64,000 nucleotides of DNA, taken from contig OZ059900.1 of NCBI GenBank assembly GCA_964057225.1, forward strand, positions 21,080,001 through 21,144,000, in the 5' to 3' direction. Numbering within the stretch: the first letter of the stretch is position 1; each line of letters begins with the position of its first letter. Position numbers and translations under genes: made by a program. Source of the stretch: Auanema rhodensis. Its lineage: Eukaryota > Animalia > Nematoda. A model generated the notes under the pieces. It saw nothing but the letters and a program-made list of their open reading frames with translations, was not told the origin of the DNA and ran no database searches. Below, piece by piece: positions 11,201-24,960 of the stretch.

Positions 11201-14200
11201 TCATGCAATGTCAATGAAACCTAGCTCAAAATTGTTCGTACAACGTCTAGTCCCACTTTCACGACAAAAAAACAGGGGTTAGAAAATTAAGGAAATTAGC
11301 ATATTCTGAGGGCACGCCCCTTATGGCTAATATTGATTAAATCGATTTTTGTTCATATGAGTCGTCAAATGCAACGAATTTCAGCGTGTTACATACTAAA
11401 ATGAAGCATTTTACATGCTGAACACTAGAAAAATACAAAAACACAGTATTTCCCATGAGAAATATTTTATTATGCTGGAAAACCAGTTTTTGGAAATTTC
11501 GCTGTAAACAAGGTTTTGACTTACGATTTCATGTGTTCAAACTCATGCAATGTCAATGAAACCTAGCTCAAAATTGTTCGTACAACGTCTAGTTCCACTT
11601 TCACGACAAAAAAACAGGGGTTAGAAAATTAAGGGAATTAGCATATTCTGAGGGCACGCCCCTTATGGCTAATATTGATTAAATCGATTTTTGTTCATAT
11701 GAGTCGTCAAATGCAACGAATTTCAGCGTGTTACATACTAAAATGAAGCATTTCACATGCTGAACACTAGAAAAATACAAAAACACAGTATTTCCCATGA
11801 GAAATATTTTATTATGCTGGAAAACCAGTTTTTGGAAATTTCGCTGTAAACAAGGTTTTGACTTACGATTTCATGTGTTCAAACTCATGCAATGTCAATG
11901 AAACCTAGCTCAAAATTGTTCGTACAACGTCTAGTCCCACTTTCACGACAAAAAAACAGAGGTTAGAAAATTAAGGAAATTAGCATATTCTGAGGGCACG
12001 CCCCTTATGGCTAATATTGATTAAATCGATTTTTGTTCATATGAGTCGTCAAATGCAACGAATTTCAGCGTGTTACATACTAAAATGAAGTATTTTACAT
12101 GCTGAACACTAGAAAAATACAAAAACACAGTATTTCCCATGAAAAATATTTTATTATGCTGGAAAACCAGTTTTTGGAAATTTCGCTGTAAACAAGGTTT
12201 TGACTTACGATTTCATGTGTTCAAACTCATGCAATGTCAATGAAACCTAGCTCAAAATTGTTCGTACAACGTCTAGTTCCACTTTCACGACAAAAAAACA
12301 GGGGTTAGAAAATTAAGGGAATTAGCATATTCTGAGGGCACGCCCCTTATGGCTAATATTGATTAAATCGATTTTTGTTCATATGAGTCGTCAAATGCAA
12401 CGAATTTCAGCGTGTTACATACTAAAATGAAGCATTTTACATGCTGAACACTAGAAAAATACAAAAACACAGTATTTCCCATGAGAAATATTTTATTATG
12501 CTGGAAAACCAGTTTTTGGAAATTTCGCTGTAAACAAGGTTTTGACTTACGATTTCATGTGTTCAAACTCATGCAATGTCAATGAAACCTAGCTCAAAAT
12601 TGTTCGTACAACGTCTAGTTCCACTTTCACGACAAAAAAACAGGGGTTAGAAAATTAAGGAAATTAGCATATTCTGAGGGCACGCCCCTTATGGCTAATA
12701 TTGATTAAATCGATTTTTGTTCATATGAGTCGTCAAATGCAACGAATTTCAGCGTGTTACATACTAAAATGAAGCATTTTACATGCTGAACACTAGAAAA
12801 ATACAAAAACACAGTATTTCCCATGAGAAATATTTTATTATGCTGGAAAACCAGTTTTTGGAAATTTCGCTGTAAACAAGGTTTTGACTTACGATTTCAT
12901 GTGTTCAAACTCATGCAATGTCAATGAAACCTAGCTCAAAATTGTTCGTACAACGTCTAGTCCCACTTTCACGACAAAAAAACAGGGGTTAGAAAATTAA
13001 GGGAATTAGCATATTCTGAGGGCACGCCCCTTATGGCTAATATTGATTAAATCGATTTTTGTTCATATGAGTCGTCAAATGCAACGAATTTCAGCGTGTT
13101 ACATACTAAAATGAAGCATTTTACATGCTGAACACTAGAAAAATACAAAAACACAGTATTTCCCATGAGAAATATTTTAATATGCTGGAAAACCAGTTTT
13201 TGGAAATTTCGCTGTAAACAAGGTTTTGACTTACGATTTCATGTGTTCAAACTCATGCAATGTCAATGAAACCTAGCTCAAAATTGATTGTACAACGTCT
13301 AGTTCCACTTTCACGACAAAAAAACAGGGGTTAGAAAATTAAGGGAATTAGCATATTCTGAGGGCACGCCCCTTATGGCTAATATTGATTAAATCGATTT
13401 TTGTTCATATGAGTCGTCAAATGCAACGAATTTCAGCGTGTTACATACTAAAATGAAGCATTTTACATGCTGAACACTAGAAAAATACAAAAACACAGTA
13501 TTTCCCATGAGAAATATTTTATTATGCTGGAAAACCAGTTTTTGGAAATTTCGCTGTAAACAAGGTTTTGACTTACGATTTCATGTGTTCAAACTCATGC
13601 AATGTCAATGAAACCTAGCTCAAAATTGATTGTACAACGTCTAGTTCCACTTTCACGACAAAAAAACAGGGGTTAGAAAATTAAGGGAATTAGCATATTC
13701 TGAGGGCACGCCCCTTATGGCTAATATTGATTAAATCGATTTTTGTTCATATGAGTCGTCAAATGCAACGAATTTCAGCGTGTTACATACTAAAATGAAG
13801 CATTTTACATGCTGAACACTAGAAAAATACAAAAACACAGTATTTCCCATGAGAAATATTTTATTATGCTGGAAAACCAGTTTTTGGAAATTTCGCTGTA
13901 AACAAGGTTTTGACTTACGATTTCATGTGTTCAAACTCATGCAATGTCAATGAAACCTAGCTCAAAATTGTTCGTACAACGTCTAGTTCCACTTTCACGA
14001 CAAAAAAACAGGGGTTAGAAAATTAAGGAAATTAGCATATTCTGAGGGCACGCCCCTTATGGCTAATATTGATTAAATCGATTTTTGTTCATATGAGTCG
14101 TCAAATGCAACGAATTTCAGCGTGTTACATACTAAAATGAAGCATTTTACATGCTGAACACTAGAAAAATACAAAAACACAGTATTTCCCATGAGAAATA

Positions 14201-17200
14201 TTTTATTATGCTGGAAAACCAGTTTTTGGAAATTTCGCTCTAAACAAGGTTTTGACTTACGATTTCATGTGTTCAAACTCATGCAATGTCAATAAAACCT
14301 AGCTCAAAATTGTTTGTACAACGTCTAGTTCCACTTTCACGACAAAAAACAGGGGTTAGAAAATTAAGGAAATTAGCATATTCTGAGGGCACGCCCCTTA
14401 TGGCTAATATTGATTAAATCGATTTTTGTTCATATGAGTCGTCAAATGCAACGAATTTCAGCGTGTTACATACTAAAATGAAGCATTTCACATGCTGAAC
14501 ACTAGAAAAATACAAAAACACAGTATTTCCCATGAGAAATATTTTATTATGCTGGAAAACCAGTTTTTGGAAATTTCGCTGTAAACTAGGTTTTGACTTA
14601 CGATTTCATGTGTTCAAACTCATGCAATGTCAATGAAACCTAGCTCAAAATTGTTCGTACAACGTCTAGTTCCACTTTCACGACAAAAAACAGGGGTTAG
14701 AAAATTAAGGAAATTAGCATATTCTGAGGGCACGCCCCTTATGGCTAATATTGATTAAATCGATTTTTGTTCATATGAGTCGTCAAATGCAACGAATTTC
14801 AGCGTGTTACATACTAAAATGAAGCATTTTACATGCTGAACACTAGAAAAATACAAAAACACAGTATTTCCCATGAGAAATATTTTATTATGCTGGAAAA
14901 CCAGTTTTTGGAAATTTCGCTGTAAACAAGGTTTTGACTTACGATTTCATGTGTTCAAACTCATGCAATGTCAATGAAACCTAGCTCAAAATTGTTCGTA
15001 CAACGTCTAGTTCCACTTTCACGACAAAAAAACAGGGGTTAAAAAATTAAGGAAATTAGCATATTCTGAGGGCACGCCCCTTATGGCTAATATTGATTAA
15101 ATCGATTTTTGTTCATATGAGTCGTCAAATGCAACGAATTTCAGCGTGTAACATACACTAAAATGAACCATTTTACATGCTGAACACTAGAAAAATACAA
15201 AAACAAAGTATTTCCCATGAGAAATATTTTATTATGCTGGAAAACCAGTTTTTGGAAATTTCGCTGTAAATAAGGTTTTGACTTACGATTTCATGTGTTC
15301 AAACTCATGCAATGTCAATGAAACCTAGCTCAAAATTGTTCGTACAACGTCTAGTTCCACTTTCACGACAAAAAAACAGGGGTTAGAAAATTAAGGAAAT
15401 TAGCATATTCTGAGGGCACGCCCCTTATGGCTAATATTGATTAAATCGATTTTTGTTCATATGAGTCGTCAAATGCAACGAATTTCAGCGTGTTACATAC
15501 TAAAATGAAGCATTTTACATGCTGAACACTAGAAAAATACAAAAACACAGTATTTCCCATGAGAAATATTTTATTATGCTGGAAAACCAGTTTTTGGAAA
15601 TTTCGCTGTAAACAAGGTTTTGACTTACGATTTCATGTGTTCAAACTCATGCAATGTCAATGAAACCTAGCTCAAAATTGTTTGTACAACGTCTAGTTCC
15701 ACTTTCACGACAAAAAAACAGGGGTTAGAAAATTAAGGGAATTAGCATATTCTGAGGGCACGCCCCTTATGGCTAATATTGATTAAATCGATTTTTGTTC
15801 ATATGAGTCGTCAAATGCAACGAATTTCAGCGTGTTACATACTAAAATGAAGCATTTTACATGCTGAACACTAGAAAAATACAAAAACACAGTATTTCCC
15901 ATGAGAAATATTTTATTATGCTGGAAAACCAGTTTTTGGAAATTTCGCTGTAAACAAGGTTTTGACTTACGATTTCATGTGTTCAAACTCATGCAATGTC
16001 AATGAAACCTAGCTCAAAATTGTTCGTACAACGTCTAGTCCCACTTTCACGACAAAAAAACAGGGGTTAGAAAATTAAGGAAATTAGCATATTCTGAGGG
16101 CACGCCCCTTATGGCTAATATTGATTAAATCGATTTTTGTTCATATGAGTCGTCAAATGCAACGAATTTCAGCGTGTTACATACTAAAATGAAGCATTTT
16201 ACATGCTGAACACTAGAAAAATACAAAAACACAGTATTTCCCATGAGAAATATTTTATTATGCTGGAAAACCAGTTTTTGGAAATTTCGCTGTAAACAAG
16301 GTTTTGACTTACGATTTCATGTGTTCAAACTCATGCAATGTCAATGAAACCTAGCTCAAAATTGTTCGTACAACGTCTAGTCCCACTTTCCCGACAAAAA
16401 AACAGGGGTTAGAAAATTAAGGAAATTAGCATATTCTGAGGGCACGCCCCTTATGGCTAATATTGATTAAATCGATTTTTGTTCATATGAGTCGTCAAAT
16501 GCAACGAATTTCAGCGTGTTACATACTAAAATGAAGCATTTTACATGCTGAACACTAGAAAAATACAAAAACACAGTATTTCCCATGAGAAATATTTTAT
16601 TATGCTGGAAAACCAGTTTTTGGAAATTTCGCTGTAAACAAGGTTTTGACTTACGATTTCATGTGTTCAAACTCATGCAATGTCAATGAAACCTAGCTCA
16701 AAATTGTTCGTACAACGTCTAGTCCCACTTTCACGACAAAAAAACAGGGGTTAGAAAATTAAGGAAATTAGCATATTCTGAGGGCACGCCCCTTATGGCT
16801 AATATTGATTAAATCGATTTTTGTTCATATGAGTCGTCAAATGCAACGAATTTCAGCGTGTTACATACTAAAATGAAGCATTTTACATGCTGAACACTAG
16901 AAAAATACAAAAACACAGTATTTCCCATGAGAAATATTTTATTATGCTGGAAAACCAGTTTTTGGAAATTTCGCTGTAAACAAGGTTTTGACTTACGATT
17001 TCATGTGTTCAAACTCATGCAATGTCAATGAAACCTAGCTCAAAATTGTTCGTACAACGTCTAGTCCCACTTTCACGACAAAAAAACAGGGGTTAGAAAA
17101 TTAAGGAAATTAGCATATTCTGAGGGCACGCCCCTTATGGCTAATATTGATTAAATCGATTTTTGTTCATATGAGTCGTCAAATGCAACGAATTTCAGCG

Positions 17201-20200
17201 TGTTACATACTAAAATGAAGCATTTTACATGCTGAACACTAGAAAAATACAAAAACACAGTATTTCCCATGAGAAATATTTTATTATGCTGGAAAACCAG
17301 TTTTTGGAAATTTCGCTGTAAACAAGGTTTTGACTTACGATTTCATGTGTTCAAACTCATGCAATGTCAATAAAACCTAGCTCAAAATTGTTTGTACAAC
17401 GTCTAGTCCCACTTTCACGGCCAAAAAACAGGGGTTAGAAAATTAAGGAAATTAGCATATTCTGAGGGCACGCCCCTTATGGCTAATATTGATTAAATCG
17501 ATTTTTGTTCATATGAGTCGTCAAATGCAACGAATTTCAGCGTGTTACATACTAAAATGAAGCATTTTACATGCTGAACACTAGAAAAATACAAAAACAC
17601 AGTATTTCCCATGAGAAATATTTTATTATGCTGGAAAACCAGTTTTTGGAAATTTCGCTGTAAACAAGGTTTTGACTTACGATTTCATGTGTTCAAACTC
17701 ATGCAATGTCAATGAAACCTAGCTCAAAATTGTTCGTACAACGTCTAGTTCCACTTTCACGACAAAAAAACAGGGGTTAGAAAATTAAGGAAATTAGCAT
17801 ATTCTGAGGGCACGCCCCTTATGGCTAATATTGATTAAATCGATTTTTGTTCATATGAGTCGTCAAATGCAACGAATTTCAGCGTGTTACATACTAAAAT
17901 GAAGCATTTTACATGCTGAACACTAGAAAAATACAAAAACACAGTATTTCCCATGAGAAATATTTTATTATGCTGGAAAACCAGTTTTTGGAAATTTCGC
18001 TGTAAACAAGGTTTTGACTTACGATTTCATGTGTTCAAACTCATGCAATGTCAATGAAACCTAGCTCAAAATTGTTCGTACAACGTCTAGTCCCACTTTC
18101 ACGACAAAAAAACAGGGGTTAGAAAATTAAGGAAATTAGCATATTCTGAGGGCACGCCCCTTATGGCTAATATTGATTAAATCGATTTTTGTTCATATGA
18201 GTCGTCAAATGCAACGAATTTCAGCGTGTTACATACTAAAATGAAGCATTTTACATGCTGAACACTAGAAAAATACAAAAACACAGTATTTCCCATGAGA
18301 AATATTTTATTATGCTGGAAAACCAGTTTTTGGAAATTTCGCTGTAAACAAGGTTTTGACTTACGATTTCATGTGTTCAAACTCATGCAATGTCAATGAA
18401 ACCTAGCTCAAAATTGTTCGTACAACGTCTAGTTCCACTTTCACGACAAAAAAACAGGGGTTAGAAAATTAAGGGAATTAGCATATTCTGAGGGCACGCC
18501 CCTTATGGCTAATATTGATTAAATCGATTTTTGTTCATATGAGTCGTCAAATGCAACGAATTTCAGCGTGTTACATACTAAAATGAAGCATTTCACATGC
18601 TGAACACTAGAAAAATACAAAAACACAGTATTTCCCATGAGAAATATTTTATTATGCTGGAAAACCAGTTTTTGGAAATTTCGCTGTAAACAAGGTTTTG
18701 ACTTACGATTTCATGTGTTCAAACTCATGCAATGTCAATGAAACCTAGCTCAAAATTGTTCGTACAACGTCTAGTTCCACTTTCACGACAAAAAAACAGG
18801 GGTTAGAAAATTAAGGGAATTAGCATATTCTGAGGGCACGCCCCTTATGGCTAATATTGATTAAATCGATTTTTGTTCATATGAGTCGTCAAATGCAACG
18901 AATTTCAGCGTGTTACATACTAAAATGAAGCATTTTACATGCTGAACACTAGAAAAATACAAAAACACAGTATTTCCCATGAGAAATATTTTATTATGCT
19001 GGAAAACCAGTTTTTGGAAATTTCGCTGTAAACAAGGTTTTGACTTACGATTTCATGTGTTCAAACTCATGCAATGTCAATGAAACCTAGCTCAAAATTG
19101 TTCGTACAACGTCTAGTTCCACTTTCACGACAAAAAAACAGGGGTTAGAAAATTAAGGGAATTAGCATATTCTGAGGGCACGCCCCTTATGGCTAATATT
19201 GATTAAATCGATTTTTGTTCATATGAGTCGTCAAATGCAACGAATTTCAGCGTGTTACATACTAAAATGAAGCATTTCACATGCTGAACACTAGAAAAAT
19301 ACAAAAACACAGTATTTCCCATGAGAAATATTTTAATATGTTGGAAAACCAGTTTTTGGAAATTTCGCTGTAAACAAGGTTTTGACTTACGATTTCATGT
19401 GTTCAAACTCATGCAATGTCAATGAAACCTAGCTCAAAATTGATTGTACAACGTCTAGTTCCACTTTCACGACGAAAAAACAGGGGTTAGAAAATTAAGG
19501 GAATTAGCATATTCTGAGGGTACGCCCCTTATGGCTAATATTGATTAAATCGATTTTTGTTCATATGAGTCGTCAAATGCAACGAATTTCAGCGTGTTAC
19601 ATACTAAAATGAAGCATTTTACATGCTGAACACTAGAAAAATACAAAAACACAGTATTTCCCATGAGAAATATTTTATTATGCTGGAAAACCAGTTTTTG
19701 GAAATTTCGCTGTAAACAAGGTTTTGACTTACGATTTCATGTGTTCAAACTCATGCAATGTCAATGAAACCTAGCTCAAAATTGTTCGTACAACGTCTAG
19801 TCCCACTTTCACGACAAAAAAACAGGAGTTAGAAAATTAAGGAAATTAGCATATTCTGAGGGCACGCCCCTTATAGCTAATATTGATTAAATCGATTTTT
19901 GTTCATATGAGTCGTCAAATGCAACGAATTTCAGCGTGTTACATACTAAAATGAAGCATTTTACATGCTGAACACTAGAAAAATACAAAAACACAGTATT
20001 TCCCATGAGAAATATTTTATTATGCTGGAAAACCAGTTTTTGGAAATTTCGCTGTAAACAAGGTTTTGACTTACGATTTCATGTGTTCAAACTCATGCAA
20101 TGTCAATGAAACCTAGCTCAAAATTGTTCGTACAACGTCTAGTCCCACTTTCACGACAAAAAAACAGGGGTTAGAAAATTAAGGAAATTAGCATATTCTG

Positions 20201-22226
20201 AGGGCACGCCCCTTATGGCTAATATTGATTAAATCGATTTTTGTTCATATGAGTCGTCAAATGCAACGAATTTCAGCGTGTTACATACTAAAATGAAGCA
20301 TTTTACATGCTGAACACTAGAAAAATACAAAAACACAGTATTTCCCATGAGAAATATTTTATTATGCTGGAAAACCAGTTTTTGGAAATTTCGCTGTAAA
20401 CAAGGTTTTGACTTACGATTTCATGTGTTCAAACTCATGCAATGTCAATGAAACCTAGCTCAAAATTGTTTGTACAACGTCTAGTCCCACTTTCACGACA
20501 AAAAAACAGGGGTTAGAAAATTAAGGAAATTAGCATATTCTGAGGGCACGCCCCTTATGGCTAATATTGATTAAATCGATTTTTGTTCATATGAGTCGTC
20601 AAATGCAACGAATTTCAGCGTGTTACATACTAAAATGAAGCATTTTACATGCTGAACACTAGAAAAATACAAAAACACAGTATTTCCCATGAGAAATATT
20701 TTATTATGCTGGAAAACCAGTTTTTGGAAATTTCGCTGTAAACAAGGTTTTGACTTACGATTTCATGTGTTCAAACTCATGCAATGTCAATGAAACCTAG
20801 CTCAAAATTGTTTGTACAACGTCTAGTCCCACTTTCACGACAAAAAAACAGGGGTTAGAAAATTAAGGAAATTAGCATATTCTGAGGGCACGCCCCTTAT
20901 GGCTAATATTGATTAAATCGATTTTTGTTCATATGAGTCGTCAAATGCAACGAATTTCAGCGTGTTACATACTAAAATGAAGCATTTTACATGCTGAACA
21001 CTAGAAAAATACAAAAACACAGTATTTCCCATGAGAAATATTTTATTATGCTGGAAAACCAGTTTTTGGAAATTTCGCTGTAAACAAGGTTTTGACTTAC
21101 GATTTCATGTGTTCAAACTCATGCAATGTCAATGAAACCTAGCTCAAAATTGTTCGTACAACGTCTAGTCCCACTTTCACGACAAAAAAACAGGAGTTAG
21201 AAAATTAAGGAAATTAGCATATTCTGAGGGCACGCCCCTTATAGCTAATATTGATTAAATCGATTTTTGTTCATATGAGTCGTCAAATGCAACGAATTTC
21301 AGCGTGTTACATACTAAAATGAAGCATTTTACATGCTGAACACTAGAAAAATACAAAAACACAGTATTTCCCATGAGAAATATTTTATTATGCTGGAAAA
21401 CCAGTTTTTGGAAATTTCGCTGTAAACAAGGTTTTGACTTACGATTTCATGTGTTCAAACTCATGCAATGTCAATGAAACCTAGCTCAAAATTGTTCGTA
21501 CAACGTCTAGTCCCACTTTCACGACAAAAAAACAGGGGTTAGAAAATTAAGGAAATTAGCATATTCTGAGGGCACGCCCCTTATGGCTAATATTGATTAA
21601 ATCGATTTTTGTTCATATGAGTCGTCAAATGCAACGAATTTCAGCGTGTTACATACTAAAATGAAGCATTTTACATGCTGAACACTAGAAAAATACAAAA
21701 ACACAGTATTTCCCATGAGAAATATTTTATTATGCTGGAAAACCAGTTTTTGGAAATTTCGCTGTAAACAAGGTTTTGACTTACGATTTCATGTGTTCAA
21801 ACTCATGCAATGTCAATGAAACCTAGCTCAAAATTGTTTGTACAACGTCTAGTCCCACTTTCACGACAAAAAAACAGGGGTTAGAAAATTAAGGAAATTA
21901 GCATATTCTGAGGGCACGCCCCTTATGGCTAATATTGATTAAATCGATTTTTGTTCATATGAGTCGTCAAATGCAACGAATTTCAGCGTGTTACATACTA
22001 AAATGAAGCATTTCACATGCTGAACACTAGAAAAATACAAAAACACAGTATTTCCCATGAGAAATATTTTATTATGCTGGAAAACCAGTTTTTGGAAATT
22101 TCGCTGTAAACAAGGTTTTGACTTACGATTTCATGTGTTCAAACTCATGCAATGTCAATGAAACCTAGCTCAAAATTGTTTGTACAACGTCTAGTTCCAC
22201 TTTCACGACAAAAAAACAGGGGTTAG

Positions 22227-24960
22227 AAAATTAAGGGAATTAGCATATTCTGAGGGCACGCCCCTTATGGCTAATATTGATTAAATCGATTTTTGTTCAT
22301 ATGAGTCGTCAAATGCAACGAATTTCAGCGTGTTACATACTAAAATGAAGCATTTTACATGCTGAACACTAGAAAAATACAAAAACACAGTATTTCCCAT
22401 GAGAAATATTTTATTATGCTGGAAAACCAGTTTTTAGAAATTTCGCTGTAAACAAGGTTTTGACTTACGATTTCATGTGTTCAAACTCATGCAATGTCAA
22501 TGAAACCTAGCTCAAAATTGTTCGTACAACGTCTAGTTCCACTTTCACGACAAAAAACAGGGGTTAGAAAATTAAGGAAATTAGCATATTCTGAGGGCAC
22601 GCCCCTTATGGCTAATATTGATTAAATCGATTTTTGTTCATATGAGTCGTCAAATGCAACGAATTTCAGCGTGTTACATACTAAAATGAAGCATTTTACA
22701 TGCTGAACACTAGAAAAATACAAAAACACAGTATTTCCCATGAGAAATATTTTATTATGCTGGAAAACCAGATTTTGGAAATTTCGCTGTAAACAAGGTT
22801 TTGACTTATGATTTCATGTGTTCAAACTCATGCAATGTCAATGAAACCTAGCTTAAAATTGTTCGTACAACGTTTAGTTCCACTTTCACGACAAAAGAAC
22901 AGGGGTTAGAAAATTAAGGGAATTAGCATATTCTGAGGGCACGCCCCTTATGGCTAATATTGATTAAATCGATTTTTGTTCATATGAGTCGTCAAATGCA
23001 ACGAATTTCAGCGTGTTACATACTAAAATGAAGCATTTTACATGCTGAACACTAGAAAAATACAAAAACACAGTATTTCCCATGAGAAATATTTTATTAT
23101 GCTGGAAAACCAGTTTTTGGAAATTTCGCTGTAAACAAGGTTTTGACTTACGATTTCATGTGTTCAAACTCATGCAATGTCAATGAAACCTAGCTCAAAA
23201 TTGTTCGTACAACGTCTAGTTCCACTTACACGACAAAAAAACAGGGGTTAGAAAATTAAGGAAATTAGCATATTCTGAGGGCACGCCCCTTATGGCTAAT
23301 ATTGATTAAATCGATTTTTGTTCATATGAGTCGTCAAATGCAACGAATTTCAGCGTGTTACATACTGAAATGAAGCATTTTACATGCTGAACACTAGAAA
23401 AATACAAAAACACAGTATTTCCCATGAGAAATATTTTATTATGCTGGAAAACCAGTTTTTGGAAATTTCGCTGTAAACAAGGTTTTGACTTACGATTTCA
23501 TGTGTTCAAACTCATGCAATGTCAATGAAACCTAGCTCAAAATTGTTTGTACAACGTCTAGTTCCACTTTCACGACAAAAAAACAGGGGTTAGAAAATTA
23601 AGGGAATTAGCATATTCTGAGGGCACGCCCCTTATGGCTAATATTGATTAAATCGATTTTTGTTCATATGAGTCGTCAAATGCAACGAATTTCAGCGTGT
23701 TACATACTAAAATGAAGCATTTTACATGCTGAACACTAGAAAAATACAAAAACACAGTATTTCCCATGAGAAATATTTTATTATGCTGGAAAACCAGTTT
23801 TTAGAAATTTCGCTGTAAACAAGGTTTTGACTTACGATTTCATGTGTTCAAACTCATGCAATGTCAATGAAACCTAGCTCAAAATTGTTCGTACAACGTC
23901 TAGTTCCACTTTCACGACAAAAAACAGGGGTTAGAAAATTAAGGAAATTAGCATATTCTGAGGGCACGCCCCTTATGGCTAATATTGATTAAATCGATTT
24001 TTGTTCATATGAGTCGTCAAATGCAACGAATTTCAGCGTGTTACATACTAAAATGAAGCATTTTACATGCTGAACACTAGAAAAATACAAAAACACAGTA
24101 TTTCCCATGAGAAATATTTTATTATGCTGGAAAACCAGATTTTGGAAATTTCGCTGTAAACAAGGTTTTGACTTATGATTTCATGTGTTCAAACTCATGC
24201 AATGTCAATGAAACCTAGCTCAAAATTGTTCGTACAACGTTTAGTTCCACTTTCACGACAAAAGAACAGGGGTTAGAAAATTAAGGGAATTAGCATATTC
24301 TGAGGGCACGCCCCTTATGGCTAATATTGATTAAATCGATTTTTGTTCATATGAGTCGTCAAATGCAACGAATTTCAGCGTGTTACATACTAAAATGAAG
24401 CATTTTACATGCTGAACACTAGAAAAATACAAAAACACAGTATTTCCCATGAGAAATATTTTATTATGCTGGAAAACCAGTTTTTGGAAATTTCGCTGTA
24501 AACAAGGTTTTGACTTACGATTTCATGTGTTCAAACTCATGCAATGTCAATGAAACCTAGCTCAAAATTGTTCGTACAACGTCTAGTTCCACTTACACGA
24601 CAAAAAAACAGGGGTTAGAAAATTAAGGAAATTAGCATATTCTGAGGGCACGCCCCTTATGGCTAATATTGATTAAATCGATTTTTGTTCATATGAGTCG
24701 TCAAATGCAACGAATTTCAGCGTGTTACATACTGAAATGAAGCATTTTACATGCTGAACACTAGAAAAATACAAAAACACAGTATTTCCCATGAGAAATA
24801 TTTTATTATGCTGGAAAACCAGTTTTTGGAAATTTCGCTGTAAACAAGGTCTTGACTTACGATTTCATGTGTTCAAACTCATGCAATGTCAATGAAACCT
24901 AGCTCAAAATTGTTCGTACAACGTCTAGTTCCACTTTCACGACAAAAAAACAGGGGTTAG
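22227..24960 (+). repeat. Local higher-order repeat: 4-monomer (1367 bp) unit x2
   Basis: Private variants tttttAgaaa (22436, 23803), A6 tract, ccagAtttt, acttaTga, cgtTtag, aaaaGaac, acttAcac and actGaaat all recur at +1367. Confidence 0.92.
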
